From the NCBI GenBank assembly GCA_030264375.1, contig JASCQW010000190.1, positions 87,156,360 through 87,220,359 on the forward strand: a stretch of DNA of 64,000 nt, written 5' to 3'. Below, in pieces: positions 12,712 to 24,360 of this stretch. A program made the position numbers and the translations under genes. The DNA is from Carcharhinus longimanus. Taxonomy: Eukaryota. Under the pieces are notes generated by a model. The model ran no database searches and was not told the origin of the DNA. It was given only the letters and a program-made list of their open reading frames with translations. Each line of letters starts with the position of its first letter. The first letter of the stretch is position 1.

Positions 12712-13854
12712 GGCCGCAATTCTCCCGCTGCAACGTTTCTGTCGGGTCCCAGTGGGAGACGCGTGCCTGTGGCCTTGAACAGGGATTTGTGCTTGTGCCA
12801 GAAACACATGCACATCTCCCAGAGCCAGCGAACAGTCACTGGTTAGACCATGCTGGAAACCGGCAGGAAGGCAGGTAAGTAATTTAAATCTGATTTAAAT
12901 ATGCGTATTAGATCATTATCTGATCAAATTCCCAACCCCACCAGGAGTATTTCATTCCAGTGGGGATCAGACTAGCTTCCCACATTCGGGGAACTAGCGG
13001 GGTACCCTGCTGGAATGAAAGGGGTGAATTGAGGCCCCCCCAGGAGCTTGGGCATGGGGGGTGGTACCCCTAGGCATGGGCACCCTGGCAGTGCCAGCCT
13101 GTGCCCCCTGCCACTGCCCAGAAGGCATTGGGCAGTGCCAAGGGGGTGGGGTCTACTGTGCATGGGGCCTAGCAGCAATTGGTGGGAGTGGGTGTCCTGC
13201 TGCCACTCTGCAGACAGGATCGATCTGGAATGGAGGGAAGGCAGCAATTGGGGCAGGCTGGGGGGGGGTGCTGGTTTGCTGGNNNNNNNNNNNNNNNNNN
13301 NNNNNNNNNNNNNNNNNNNNNNNNNNNNNNNNNNNNNNNNNNNNNNNNNNNNNNNNNNNNNNNNNNNNNNNNNNNNNNNNNNCTCTGAGGGGGGGGGGGA
13401 CGGAGTCTGACCCGGGGAAGTCAATGGGAGGGGGGTGGGATCTGGCAGAGTGAGGGGGATGGGGAGATCACCACTGCTGGGCAGGTGGGGCCTGGACATC
13501 AAGACGCTATAGGACTGGGGGTGTCAGGGCTGGCTCGGAAATTACTGTGAGACCGTGATCAGGCTGTGGTTGGGGGCTGGAGGGGCAGCACTGCTGGGGT
13601 CCCAGGCTGGTCAGTGACTGGGTTGGCCAGCAAACGGGAGGTTGACAGTTTGGGGCCACTGCACAGAGTTCCACTCTGGTATGAATAGGCCCTGCCCCCT
13701 GGGTTTTTAATGATACTCACAACTGGGACCTCTTCAGTGAGCAGAGTGTGGAGATTCAGGTGAGGAGCTGAACTGACAGAACCGTCTGGATTTAGAACAG
13801 TTTTCCTGCCAATTCAGCACTTTTGGGGGAATCACCCCCACCACCCCTCCTCCC
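12712..13854. mobile_element. Second GC-rich non-autonomous Harbinger-type element, splitting the SYCP1-like frame
   Basis: GGCCGCAATTCTCC...GGGGGAATCACCCC termini; same family as 47892-48501 (shared end GGATTTAGAACAGTTTTCCTGCCAATTCA). Confidence 0.75.
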
Positions 13855-13856
13855 TA

Positions 13857-14066
13857 TTTGGGCATGTAATGTCAATTTCTTACTCTGTCTGAATTGCTGA
13901 TTCTGCTGTCAGTTTCGATGCATTACCTCTTCAGCTAATTTCTCATTGACAAGTTTCCCTTCTTCAACTCTTATTCTCCTGATTCAGTTCTTCACTGGAC
14001 TTGTTCTTATTTTCTGGTTGCTTTTCATTCATTATCTCTAATTTCTCCTTCTTCTTAATTTCATTT
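13857..14066 (-). pseudogene. SYCP1: SYCP1-like coding fragment, proximal piece (copy A)
   Basis: With frameshifts reads EIKKKEKLEIMNEKQPENKNKSSEELNQENK / EKLAEEV / KLTAESAIQTE*EIDITCPN versus recalled SYCP1 KQVENKNKYIEELQQENK / ENLLEEVEKAKVIADEAVKLQKEIDKRCQH. Confidence 0.72.
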
Positions 14067-15530
14067 TGTCAATTTTTGCAACTTCTTTCTTCAAGTTTCC
14101 CTGTCAGCCATTTCATCATGTTGTTTTAACATCTACTCTGGACCTTTATTTCTTTTTGCTGAAACCTTTCTATGTTCAATTGTTCCTAACTTTTGAAGCC
14201 TTTAATTTCCACATTTCTCCAGAGGAGAGTCTATCATACTCTTACTGGACACATACATTTCACAAGTATAACCTATTGTAATTGTTGATCAGGTCTGTCT
14301 CCAGTAGAATGTTTACTTGTTTCCATTTTGCAATTCGCTTGTTGTCCTTCAATTATCAATTAGTCTCTTTGATTGCCCCTGTTCCGAGATCTTTAAATGC
14401 TCTTCAGGTGTCCTTCATTGCTTCCTTCTGGGGTCTTTTATTACCCTCCTTATGGGGTCTTTAAGTGCCCTTCATCTGGGTCACCTTTTGCCAACTTTCT
14501 GAGGTCTTAGATTTTCTCCTAGTAGAGGGTTTTTTTGCTCTCTTTGACTCCTGTAAGATCCCCCATTGAAGCTCTTTCTTGAAGCTTTCATTTCCTCCTC
14601 TAGGTCTTCTGTCGCCCAATCCTTGATATATCCATTGCTTGTGGACATTTTCTAAGGGTTGCCTTCTTTCCAGGGCTTCTCCAATTTTCCTGTTCATAGC
14701 CTTTTGTTCCTTCTTTGGGTGCTGTTTTAATTACAATATCACTTTAAATGTATTGCCACTTTAAGATGGTTATCTTTTATTTCATTGAACTGCCAGTGCT
14801 GCTGGCTCTCTCTGTGTTTTTCCCACGCTTTTAGAGTTGAGTTTTGGCTGGTCTTTTTGTTTGAATTTTTAAAAGTTCCGCTTTTCCTGTTTGTGATCTG
14901 TGTTTTTTTTCTTCTGGCTACTTGGAGAGTCCTCTCTTTCTCTTTTTTGATGTGTCAGTCTTTTTTATCAACATCACTGGAACGCCAAGTCCCATCGGGC
15001 CCTTGTTTATATACTGGTTAACTTCTTTTGAAAATTGTTGAGCACGTGTCTTCTTTTTTACAAGTTCAGAACTGCTCTGTTTAAAGTCCAGCAGCACAGG
15101 GATTGCTGCTACTCAACACCCGCAAGCTCTTCTCTGATCGGGAACTTTTCAATTTCAGCCTCTTTATTTTCCCGTGCTTTGGGATAGTTCACAGCAGCTA
15201 CCTGGGGCATTCCCTTCTTTTTTACTTCAAGCCTGTTTTCTGTATNNNNNNNNNNAAAACTGTGCAGCAATTCTTTTAAAAAAAACTTAAGCTATATTTT
15301 CTTTTACACATAAAGGCACAGCTCTTGCTTCGCGGGGCTATTTTCTCTTGATTTCTTTTTTCTCTTTATATATTTCTAAACTTTTAACTCCACCAGCCAT
15401 TTCAGGTTTCTTCTGCATCTGTCCTTCAGAGTCTGGCAATATTTTAACATCTCAAGTGGGTCTATTCACCTAAAGAGGTATTCTGGTGAGTTAATTTTCT
15501 CAACCTTTGTTTTTATAGAGCACTGGCCCT

Positions 15531-15833
15531 TGTTTTGCTGTTAACACATTCTGCCATCTTGCCTTTCTGCCACTATCAATACCTTCTTTAACCTTTTACA
15601 CTACCAGTAACACTTACTTTGTTATGTTCCCATGACATCTTTGTTAAATTTCTCCTTAGTTTCCACGTATCCCTGACATTGAATTTTGCTTCACCCACTC
15701 CACTCCTCTTAAACAGTATAAATCTATCATTTCTCCCTCTCTTTAGCTCTGAAGAAGCCATACAGACTGAAATATTAACTGTTTCTCTCCACAGATGCTG
15801 ACAGACTTGCTGAGTTTTTCTGTTTTTATTTCT
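15531..15833 (+). mobile_element. Penelope-like element 3' fragment
   Basis: Pyrimidine-rich tract, then TCTGAAGAAGCCATACAGACTGAAATATTAACTGTTTCTCTCCACAGATGCTGACAGACTTGCTGAG. Confidence 0.7.
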
Positions 15834-16150
15834 GTGCATATCTAACCTATTTGCCTTTCAATTCTTTTGCTATTAGAATGAACCTAGCACTTTGTTTCTT
15901 TTTACATAGCACTATTAACCTACTACATGACTATTTTATGTGATTTGTGTATTTGTACTGTCAGAATTCTCTGCTCTTCCTTACCAGCTGATTCTTATTT
16001 TCTCAGCTGTATGTGGCCTCCTTAATTCTTCCTACCAAAGTGGTTCTTTTGGAGGTTGCATCTATTGCTGGATGAATATGTGCCAAGATAAAACACTGAG
16101 TGATATTTACTATGGCCTCCTGTTGCAGCTTGACAGAACCCAGTGCAAAA

Positions 16151-16890
16151 GGCTGGAGTTTTGTTTTTTGGGGCAGGAGCCAGCCTGATAGGCCACTGGT
16201 GGGGGCAGACAACCCTGTTTCAGTGATCTGTGGGGCACGGGGCTGCATTTTGTTGGCAGCAGCCTACTACTTGGTTGCTCTTCGGACTGTCAGCAGTCAC
16301 TGAGAGCAGTACCCATCCCTAAGTCAATTGCCGAGGCAGCAACTCGCAGACTCAGCAGCATCACCATGTTCAGTGGCCATTGCTGGTAATGCATCTGGAA
16401 GAAGATAATACCATGAGAGGCTGGTGCTTTCTCATCCAGATAAATGGGACCTTGGGGCACCATTGACAGTCAGACAAACCCCGTCAGGGGCAGAAGGGGA
16501 ATTGGTGAAGGCATGCAACACCTTTACATTGGGTGCAACAGTTGTTATCTGGAGACCCTCTGGGGGTGGGGGGGCGGTGGGGTGAAGAGTGACAAGTAGT
16601 AGGAGCATCCCAGTCTTGAGAAGTCACGAGAGTTTACTTAGCAGTTCCCACATGATGGAGACAACACTTTACCTGACCCCACCATACTCCCACAGCCCTG
16701 CTGGCTAAATAGACAGTGGGAAGGGGACTTTAATTGGCCATTAAGTTCTCAGTTAGACTAAGGGTATTGGGTCATCCACCATTTCCCCCATTGCTGGAGG
16801 ACGACAGGCATTCCACCACCCCCCTTTCGTTTGCCATCCTGAGGCACACCGCACATTCCAGTTCATCCCCAAAGTGCCACTAAAATTCAA
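16151..16890. mobile_element. Decayed GC-rich non-autonomous DNA transposon
   Basis: Starts GGCTGGAGTTTT, ends TAAAATTC; GC-rich interior with the ttaattggcc motif typical of these elements. Confidence 0.4.
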
Positions 16891-18348
16891 TTCTTTGATT
16901 ACCACCAGCAGGACTACTGAAGTCAATGATCTGAGCTGAACAGTTTTATTCAGCAAGTGGAAGAATTTATCCGTGGTCTTTTCAGTGAATCAAATCTCCT
17001 CGTACAGGAACGCTCACTCTGATGTTGATCTGATTTGTATTATAAACTGTGTATCATATACTCTTTGGAATGGGGATGGAGTGCTACATATAACAACTGT
17101 TGGCCTCATCAAATAGAAAAGTTGCCTTTGCCTCAACTTGTTTTCCAATCATCCATTATTCCTGTGAACAGACAAAATCACATCAGAAAACCCATCAAAG
17201 CCCTTAATCGGAGTAGGAGCTGAAAATATTTTGAGATATTGACAGGTACTCAGGGCCTGATCTAGCAATCGTGTTGGTTGTGGACACAAATCCCGTAATG
17301 TCCACTAAATCTCTCGAGTGGTCAAAAATGGGATTAGTGCTGGTGAGATCTAGCTTGAAATCTCCCTCACTCCCCCCCAGTTCCACCAATGATGTAATCA
17401 GGGCTTGAATCTTGTTTTTATGCTTTTGTATATTTAAGTTGTTGCATGATTACTTTAAGGGTTGATCACATAATTTCACAGGCATGAGCTCTTAGAATAA
17501 ATCTGTTTTGTGTTGGTTTGAATGTGTGAACGTGCAAACTGCATCTTTTCTTTAAAACCCACAACACCTAACATTGTTCAGATATTATACATATATATCT
17601 TAATAAATTATCACATAATTGCTGCTTTTGGCATCATAGCATCTGCCCAAAATGTTTGCTTCCCCCCCAGAGGTGTGATGTCATGCCAACGTGAATCACT
17701 ACTGGTTTTCAAAAATGAAAAGCAGTCATGATAACCATGTGTGTAGGTGACTGTAGCCACTGGGGTTGAGGGACTTGCCTATGGATTTCCCCTGGGCACT
17801 GCCAAAGCCACTGCTGTGGGGCACTGTGGTGGGGGGTTACCCTTGTTTATTTGGGGAAGTTTCCCCTTCTGTGCACAGGGGGATGATTCCCTTTAACCAT
17901 GGTTGTGGTCCTCTTCTGTTGTGAGAGTTGGAGGTGTTCCCTTATCCAATGGCGATCGGTCCCGATGTGAGTGGAGGAGGAGCCCACATACATGGGTGGG
18001 GGAGGGTTCCAATGCTTGTTAGATGGGGGTGTAGCCTTAAATATAATGAGATCGGGGCATTCTTCGGCCCCACCTCTCCAGTTGGCTGTGCGATCCTCAC
18101 CAGCACTGTAAAATTGCAGAGTGCCATTAAATCATTTGGGAAAAGGCGGCAGTGAAGCTGGTGAGTTTCACGCAGTTTTTCTCACCTGACTTGTACATCG
18201 CCTGACCTGTTTGAGATGCCATGTGAATGATTTTGGCTATTAAGAAATTTACAGTGATCAGGTTTATGATCATTTAAATACCACAAAAGAACAAATTTCA
18301 AATTTTCAGATCATATCAATCGATGGCAGCACATGGGTTCACAGAGTA

Positions 18349-18700
18349 GGCGATGGCCTAGTCGTATTATTGCTAGACTATTAATCCAGAAACTCAGCTA
18401 ATGTTCTAGGGATCTGGGTTCGAATCCTATCACGGTAGATGGTGGAATTTGAAATCAATAAAATAATTCAGGAATTAAAAATCTACTGAAGACCATGAAA
18501 CCATTGTTGATTGTTGTAAAAGCCCATCTGTTTCACTGATATCCTATAAGAAAGGAAATCTGCCATCCTTACCTGGTCTGGCCTACATGTAACTCCAGAG
18601 TCTCAGCAATGTGGTTGACTCTCAACTGCTCTTGGGCAACCAGGGATGGGCAATAAATGCTGGCCTGCCAGTGATGCCCATGTCCCACGAATGAATAAAA
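18349..18700 (+). mobile_element. Second tRNA-derived SINE family (full length); tail shared with the CR1/L2-type LINE
   Basis: A box GATGGCCTAGTCGTA, B box GGTTCGAATCC; tail GGGATGGGCAATAAATGCTGGCCTGCCAGTGATGCCCATGTCCCACGAATGAATAAAA matches LINE ends at 28990-29045 and 48620-48685. Confidence 0.85.
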
Positions 18701-19166
18701 TGGAAAGTGTTGTTTAGCCACAAGTACAAGAAGTATCATTTGGAGAAAGGCTAAACCATATTCTTTGATAAAGCATATGTTAAAAATTAACATACCAATT
18801 ACCATACATTGTGAATAAAGTGCCACAATTTGAGGAATGGTTGTTTAGTGTCCGCAGTCTTTTCCTCCTCAAGATTTTGTCTTTTTCTCTTGTGAGGGAT
18901 CATGACTCAAACCTGGGGCTTCCTCAGCTCTATGAGTACGTTCAATATGAAAATGGTTGATTACCTGTTTAGTGTTAAAACATTTTGCACAAAAAGTGAA
19001 CTGAGTTTGTCCAAAGCTGATCACTAATCCACAGCAGAGGATTGATCGAAGAACCAGGTGGTAGCGTAAACAGGAATTTCATTGATCTTTTGCCGAAGTA
19101 ATTAGGTGACTCCGGGGGAAATGCCCACAAGGAGTTATTTAATTGCTTATCGACTTTATACACAAT

Positions 19167-19292
19167 GGCCAGAATTTTACCTGCCCGCTCGCCATGGGAA
19201 TTGGATTGGGTAAGGGGCGGAGCCTGGAAAAGTCCATTGATGTTGGGTGGGGTTTTACGGTTTTGGGATGAGCGAAGCTGTAAAATCCCACT
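19167..19292. mobile_element. Short MITE
   Basis: GGCCAGAATTTTAC...GTAAAATCCCAC inverted ends. Confidence 0.65.
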
Positions 19293-20046
19293 CATTAATA
19301 TCTTTTCAATTAAAGTTAAAAAGGAACAATCATTTTGTTTAGCTTGAGGAGTTATTACTCAGGGATCATCAATTTAAACTAGTCAGAATCAGGATAAGGA
19401 GAGATTTGAAGACATTTCTTTACTCGGAGATTTTGTAGAAAATTGAACATTTTTCTACAAGTGGCTAAGGTGTAATATATTGCTTGTCATCTGAGAAATT
19501 TGAATAAATATTTGAAGCAGAAGAGTGTAAAGAGCTATGGGAAGAGCACTAAACAGTACGATTAGCTTTGGAATGCATTAGCAAAGAGTTGGCAGAATGA
19601 GATGAACCAAATAGTCTCCTTCTGTGCTGTTAACTTGCATATTTTACACATTCATCAAAAAACGTCATTTTTGCACTCTACTTATTTTAGGGATAGTGTT
19701 GGTTTACATTGACAATTAGAATTTATGACTACTAACTTTTATCAGTATAATCTGAATTATGGTTATAGTGATGCAATATAGTTTATGGTCCATGATGTTA
19801 ATGAGTGTGATATGAGTTATTGAAATATGTTAATTATTCTTAGGCATTTTGTCTCCGACAGCTTTCTTTTCTGCCTGAGGCACTCAAATCCTTCTTGCCA
19901 ATCCACCTCTTTGATGCCTGCTCTTTTATGATTCCCGTTTATCTTCAGATTAGAAACTACAGAACGGGTATATATTGTTTGCATTTGTCTAGCTGGTTGG
20001 ATACGATTGTCACCGTCTTTCACATTCCCAGGCCTACTTTATTTCC

Positions 20047-20660
20047 AAAAATAAAATACTGTGCATCTTGGAAATCTGAACTATTAGTAGAAAATGCTGG
20101 AAATACTCAGCAGATAGAATCATAGAATTCTTACAGTGCAGAAGTAGGCCATTCGGCCCATTGAGTCTGCACCAACCACAATCCCACCCAGGCCCTATTC
20201 CCATAACATATTTACGCTGCTAATCCCCCTGACACTAGAGTTAATTTAGCACAGCCAATCAACATAACCCACACATCATTGGACTGTGGGAGAAAACTGG
20301 AGCACCTGGAGGAAACCCGCGCAAATGCAGGGAAAATGTGCAAACTCCACACAGACAGTGACCCAAGACTGGAATTGAACCCAGATCCCTGCCGCTGTGA
20401 GGCAACAGTGCTAACCACTGTGGGGAGGGAAGCAGGATTAATGGTTGATCTCTGTGACCTGTCATCAGATCTGCTGGGAGAAATAGAAATATTAATGAAT
20501 TTTGATCAAGTGAAAGGGATGAGGTGGGATAAAGAACAGAAGGGAAGGTCTGTGATTGGGGGGGGGCAGAGGTGATTAAATGATAAAGGAGTTCAGGGTG
20601 CAGAACAAAATGAATAGGGAATAGGGGATAGGTAAGTAAAAAATGTATCCAAAGGAAGTG
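20047..20660 (-). mobile_element. Penelope-like fragment interrupted by a V-SINE
   Basis: AAAATACTGTGCATCTTGGAAATCTGAA...AATGCTGGAAATACTCAGCAG; purine-rich continuation after 20422. Confidence 0.55.
20114..20421 (-). mobile_element. HE1/V-SINE-type SINE, CR1-type tail
   Basis: ATAGAATCATAGAATT tail; GTGCAAACTCCACACAGACAGTGACCCAAG; GAGGCAACAGTGCTAACCACTGTG head. Confidence 0.9.
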
Positions 20661-20839
20661 TGACTGACTTTCTATTTATTATCAAAATATATCCAGCAAA
20701 CGATTTTCTCATTACCGCTTCTCAATCCCTGCACTGCATCACAAATTGATACATTATTCATGCTCTGCTTCCAGGCAAAAGACTGCTACCAACAAATTTA
20801 CTGCAATTAACCACATGGTGGGGTGCAACATAAAGGGAA

Positions 20840-23498
20840 AAAAATAATTGGAGCTTGTCAGAAAGGCACAGCAATAATCATGGGAGATGTTAAGTTACTT
20901 ATAGGCTGCAAAAGTCGGATGGACAAACATAGCCCAGATAAGGAGTTTGCTAATTATTTTCAGGGCAGTTTCTTAGAACAGCATATGCTGGAGTCAACCA
21001 GGGAACAGGCTATACTGGATGTGCAATGAGATGGGAGTAATTAATGATCTGATTGTGAAGGCTGCATACAGGTAGCAGTAGGTAGGTAGCAACAACAATA
21101 ATATGATTGAATTTTATATTGATTTTGAGGGGGAGAAATTTGAAGGTTGAGATTATGATTTTAAATTTAAATAAGGGCAATTATGAGAGCATGAAATCTG
21201 AGGCAGCTAAAATGAATTGGCAAATTTAGTTAGGGGATAGGTCAATAGAAATGCACTGGCAAACAATAAGGGAATTTTTCAGAATATACAAAATACATAC
21301 ATTCCAACAAGTAACAAAAAGTCCAAGGGATGGACTCACAACCTGTGTTTAACTAGAAAGATTAAAGATAGTATCAAACTTAAAGAAAAAAACATTCAAT
21401 TGCGTAAAGACAGGTAGCAGGTAAATAAACAGCAAAGGATGACTAAAAGGTTAATAAGGAGGGAAAATTTAAAGTATGAGAGAAAGCTAGCCAGAGAAGT
21501 AAAAATGAATAGTAAATATTTTAGAAATACTTTAAAAAGAAAAGTGTTAACAAAGTGAACATTTGCCCATTAGTAAGTGAGTCTGGGGAATTGATAATGG
21601 AAAACAAGGAGATTGGAGATGAGCTGAACAAGCATTTTGCATAAGTCTTCACTATAAAGCATCCAAATAACATCCCAGAAGCTGCTATAAAGCAGGAAAT
21701 GGGATGGAGGGAGGAACAGTCACCAGAAATGTAATACTGAGCAAATTGTTGGAGCCGAAGGCTGACAAGAGCCCAGGTCCTGATGAACTTCATCTTAGGG
21801 TCTTAAAAAGAAGTCTCTAAAGAGATTGTTTTGAATTTTCCAAAACCCCTCAATTTGGAGAAGGTCCCATTAGATTGGAAGCTGGCAAACATAACTCTAT
21901 AATTCAAAAAGAGAGGGAGACAGAGTGGAAAACTATAGGCCAGTTAGCTTAACATCTGTTATAGGGAAAATGTTGGAATCTATTACTAAATAAATTACAG
22001 CAGGGCACTTGGATAAGCTTATGGTAATCAGGCAGAGTTTGTGGAAGGGAAATCATGTTGAACCAATTTATTGGAGTTCCTTGAGGAAGCAAGATGTGCT
22101 GTAGAAAGAAGGGAATATGTGGGTGTATTGTAATTAATTTTCCTAAGGTATTTGATAAGCTGCAACATCAAAGGTTATTAAGGAAAATATAGCTCAAGGT
22201 GTAGGAGGTAACATATTGGCATGGGTAAAAGATTGACTGGCTAACAGGAAGCAGAGTGTAGGCATAAATGAGTCTTTTACAGGTTGGCAAGATGTAACAA
22301 CTGGTGTGCCACAGAGACCAGCGCGGGGACCTCAACTGTTTACAATTTATATCAATAACTTGGATGAAGAGATTGAACAGATGGTTGCCAAATTTGCTGA
22401 TGATGCAAGGATAGGTAAAAAAGTAAGTTGTGAAGAGGACATGAGGAAATTACAAAAAGGTACAAATGAGGTGTATCATCTAAATAGTGAGAGATTGCAG
22501 AGATGTGAGGTGCAGAGGCATCTGGGTGCATGAATCATACAGTAATTATTTTGAGGGAGATTTAATACAAAGTAGGGAGTTTATGCTTCAACATTACAAG
22601 GAGGTTACATTTGGGAGTATTGTGTACAGTACTGATCACCTTATTGAAGGAAGGATGTAAGCATTATAAGCAGTTCAGAGAAGGTTTACAAAACTAATAG
22701 ATGGATGAGGTTTCTTTATCATTCATGGAATGTGGGCATTGCTGGCTGGGCCAGCATTTGTGGAACATCCCTAATTGCCCATGAACTCAGTGTCTGACTA
22801 GGCCATTTCAGGATATTTAAGAGTCAACCACATTGCTGCGGGTCTGGAATCACATGTAAGCCATACCAGGTAAGAATGGCAAATTTCCTTCCCTTAAGGA
22901 CATTTCTAAACCAATGGATTTTCATGACAAATGGTTTCATGGTCATCACTGGACTTTTAGTTCCAGATTTTGATTGAATTCAAATTTCACCATCTGCCAT
23001 GGCAGGATCCAACCGCAGGACACCAGAGCATTACCTTCAGCCTCTGGACTACTGGTCCTGTGACAATACCATCACGTCATTGCCTCCTTTATCTTATGAG
23101 GAAAGGATAGACAAGCTTGGCTTTTACCCACTAGAGTTTAGAAAAATAAGAGGCGATCCAGTTGAAACAAATAAGACTTTGAGAGGCCTTGACAGAGTGA
23201 TGTGGAGAGGATGTTTCCTCTTGTGGGAGAATATAGAACTAGAGATTACCATTTGAAAATAAGGGGCCATCATTTAAAACAAAGATGAAGTGAACTCTCT
23301 TATGAAAAGGTAGTGGAAGCAGGATCTTTGAATATTCTTAAGACAGAGGTGGATAGGTGCTTGGTAAGCAAGGGGGTGATAGGATATGGGAGATAAGTGA
23401 GATGCAGATTTGAGGTTGTTATCAGATCAGATCTTATTAAATGGCACAGCAGCCTCGAGGGGCTGAATCACCTACTAATGCTCCTTGTTTGTAGGTTC
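20840..23498 (+). mobile_element. Decayed CR1 LINE (endonuclease end, RT, 3' UTR)
   Basis: IIMGD, NYRPVSLTSVIGKMLE and GVPQ..GPQLFTIYINNLDE..KFADD motifs, with many stops and frameshifts; CR1 3' end near 23430-23498. Confidence 0.9.
22718..23083 (-). mobile_element. Second-family tRNA SINE nested in the CR1
   Basis: Reverse complement of the 18349-18700 family. Confidence 0.85.
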
Positions 23499-24096
23499 GG
23501 AAATGTTCTGTTTCAAATCGATTCAACATTAAACTCAGAATTCTGGGTGCAGCAGAAAACAATGGAATTGTTCTTGTGTTTTATTGTGACTTGCTGAGCA
23601 ATTTAAAAATAATTGTTCTTACTGAAACCTGCACTGTATTTTCTATTTGTTGAATGCATTTTCGTGGTGCACGTACAAATCACATTAAAAATTGAAAAGC
23701 TTCTGCAATTGCATACCAGCAATGATGTTTTTGACAGTTGTAACCTTAATTATCATACTTAGAAAGAATATAGGATATGAGTTTGATGCTTTCCTTGTAG
23801 CCCAATTGTTTGTGTCTGGCATATGAGATTGACAGGCAATCTGACTGTAAATAGACATTGACAAATTGGTGAATGAGTGGGCATGGTTTCAGGCAATTTC
23901 CCAATAACACATCTGCAGGAAAACACAATAGGACATATTGCCTCTGCTGTCCAAAAAAACACCTAAAAATAAGCAGAGCGATAATGAGTGTTAGCCCTTT
24001 TCTTTAATTTTGTATTTAAATAACATTGCATACATGGGAAGGGAGCTGAGGGTGATTCATACAAGAGGGAAACCTGAACTCAGCAGGGTCATTTGA

Positions 24097-24360
24097 TAAA
24101 AGCAAAATATTGCGGATGCTGGAATCTGAAACCAAAAGGGAAAATGCTGGAAAATCTCAGCAGGTTTGGCAGCATCTGTAAGGAGAGAAAAGAAACAGGA
24201 ACAGGATAGAGTCAGAACTGCTGAACCTAGCTGGCCATGGTAACTAGTGAATGCCAAAATGGGATTGATTGTTTTCTCTCCTGAGAGCATTTTCTCTTTT
24301 TCTCTCCTTACAGATGCTGCCAGACCTGCTGAGATTTTCTAACATTTTCTCTTTTGGTTT
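24097..24360. mobile_element. Penelope-derived inverted-repeat insertion with an apparent 13-bp target duplication
   Basis: Arms ~24126-24192 and ~24296-24363 are near-perfectly complementary; flanks CAGGGTCATTTGA / CAGGGCCATTTGA. Confidence 0.75.

Larger units (their letters stand above)
10571..15530 (-). mobile_element. Non-autonomous Gypsy-type LTR retroelement, copy A (3' LTR, PPT, integrase tail, SYCP1-like cargo, gag stub; 5' LTR lost)
   Basis: Reverse complement is colinear with 48977-53665 in many blocks (e.g. 12638-12709 vs 51056-51128; 11241-11269 vs 51638-51667; 14200-14250 vs 50636-50690; 15425-15500 vs 49280-49357). Confidence 0.85.

Noticed and set aside
16954-17021. Possible terminal exon QVEEFIRGLFSESNLLVQERSL*
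   Set aside because: Short, weak acceptor, no recognisable protein or partner exon.
19817-20040. Open frames on both strands in unique sequence
   Set aside because: No recognisable domain or convincing splice pair; within chance expectation.
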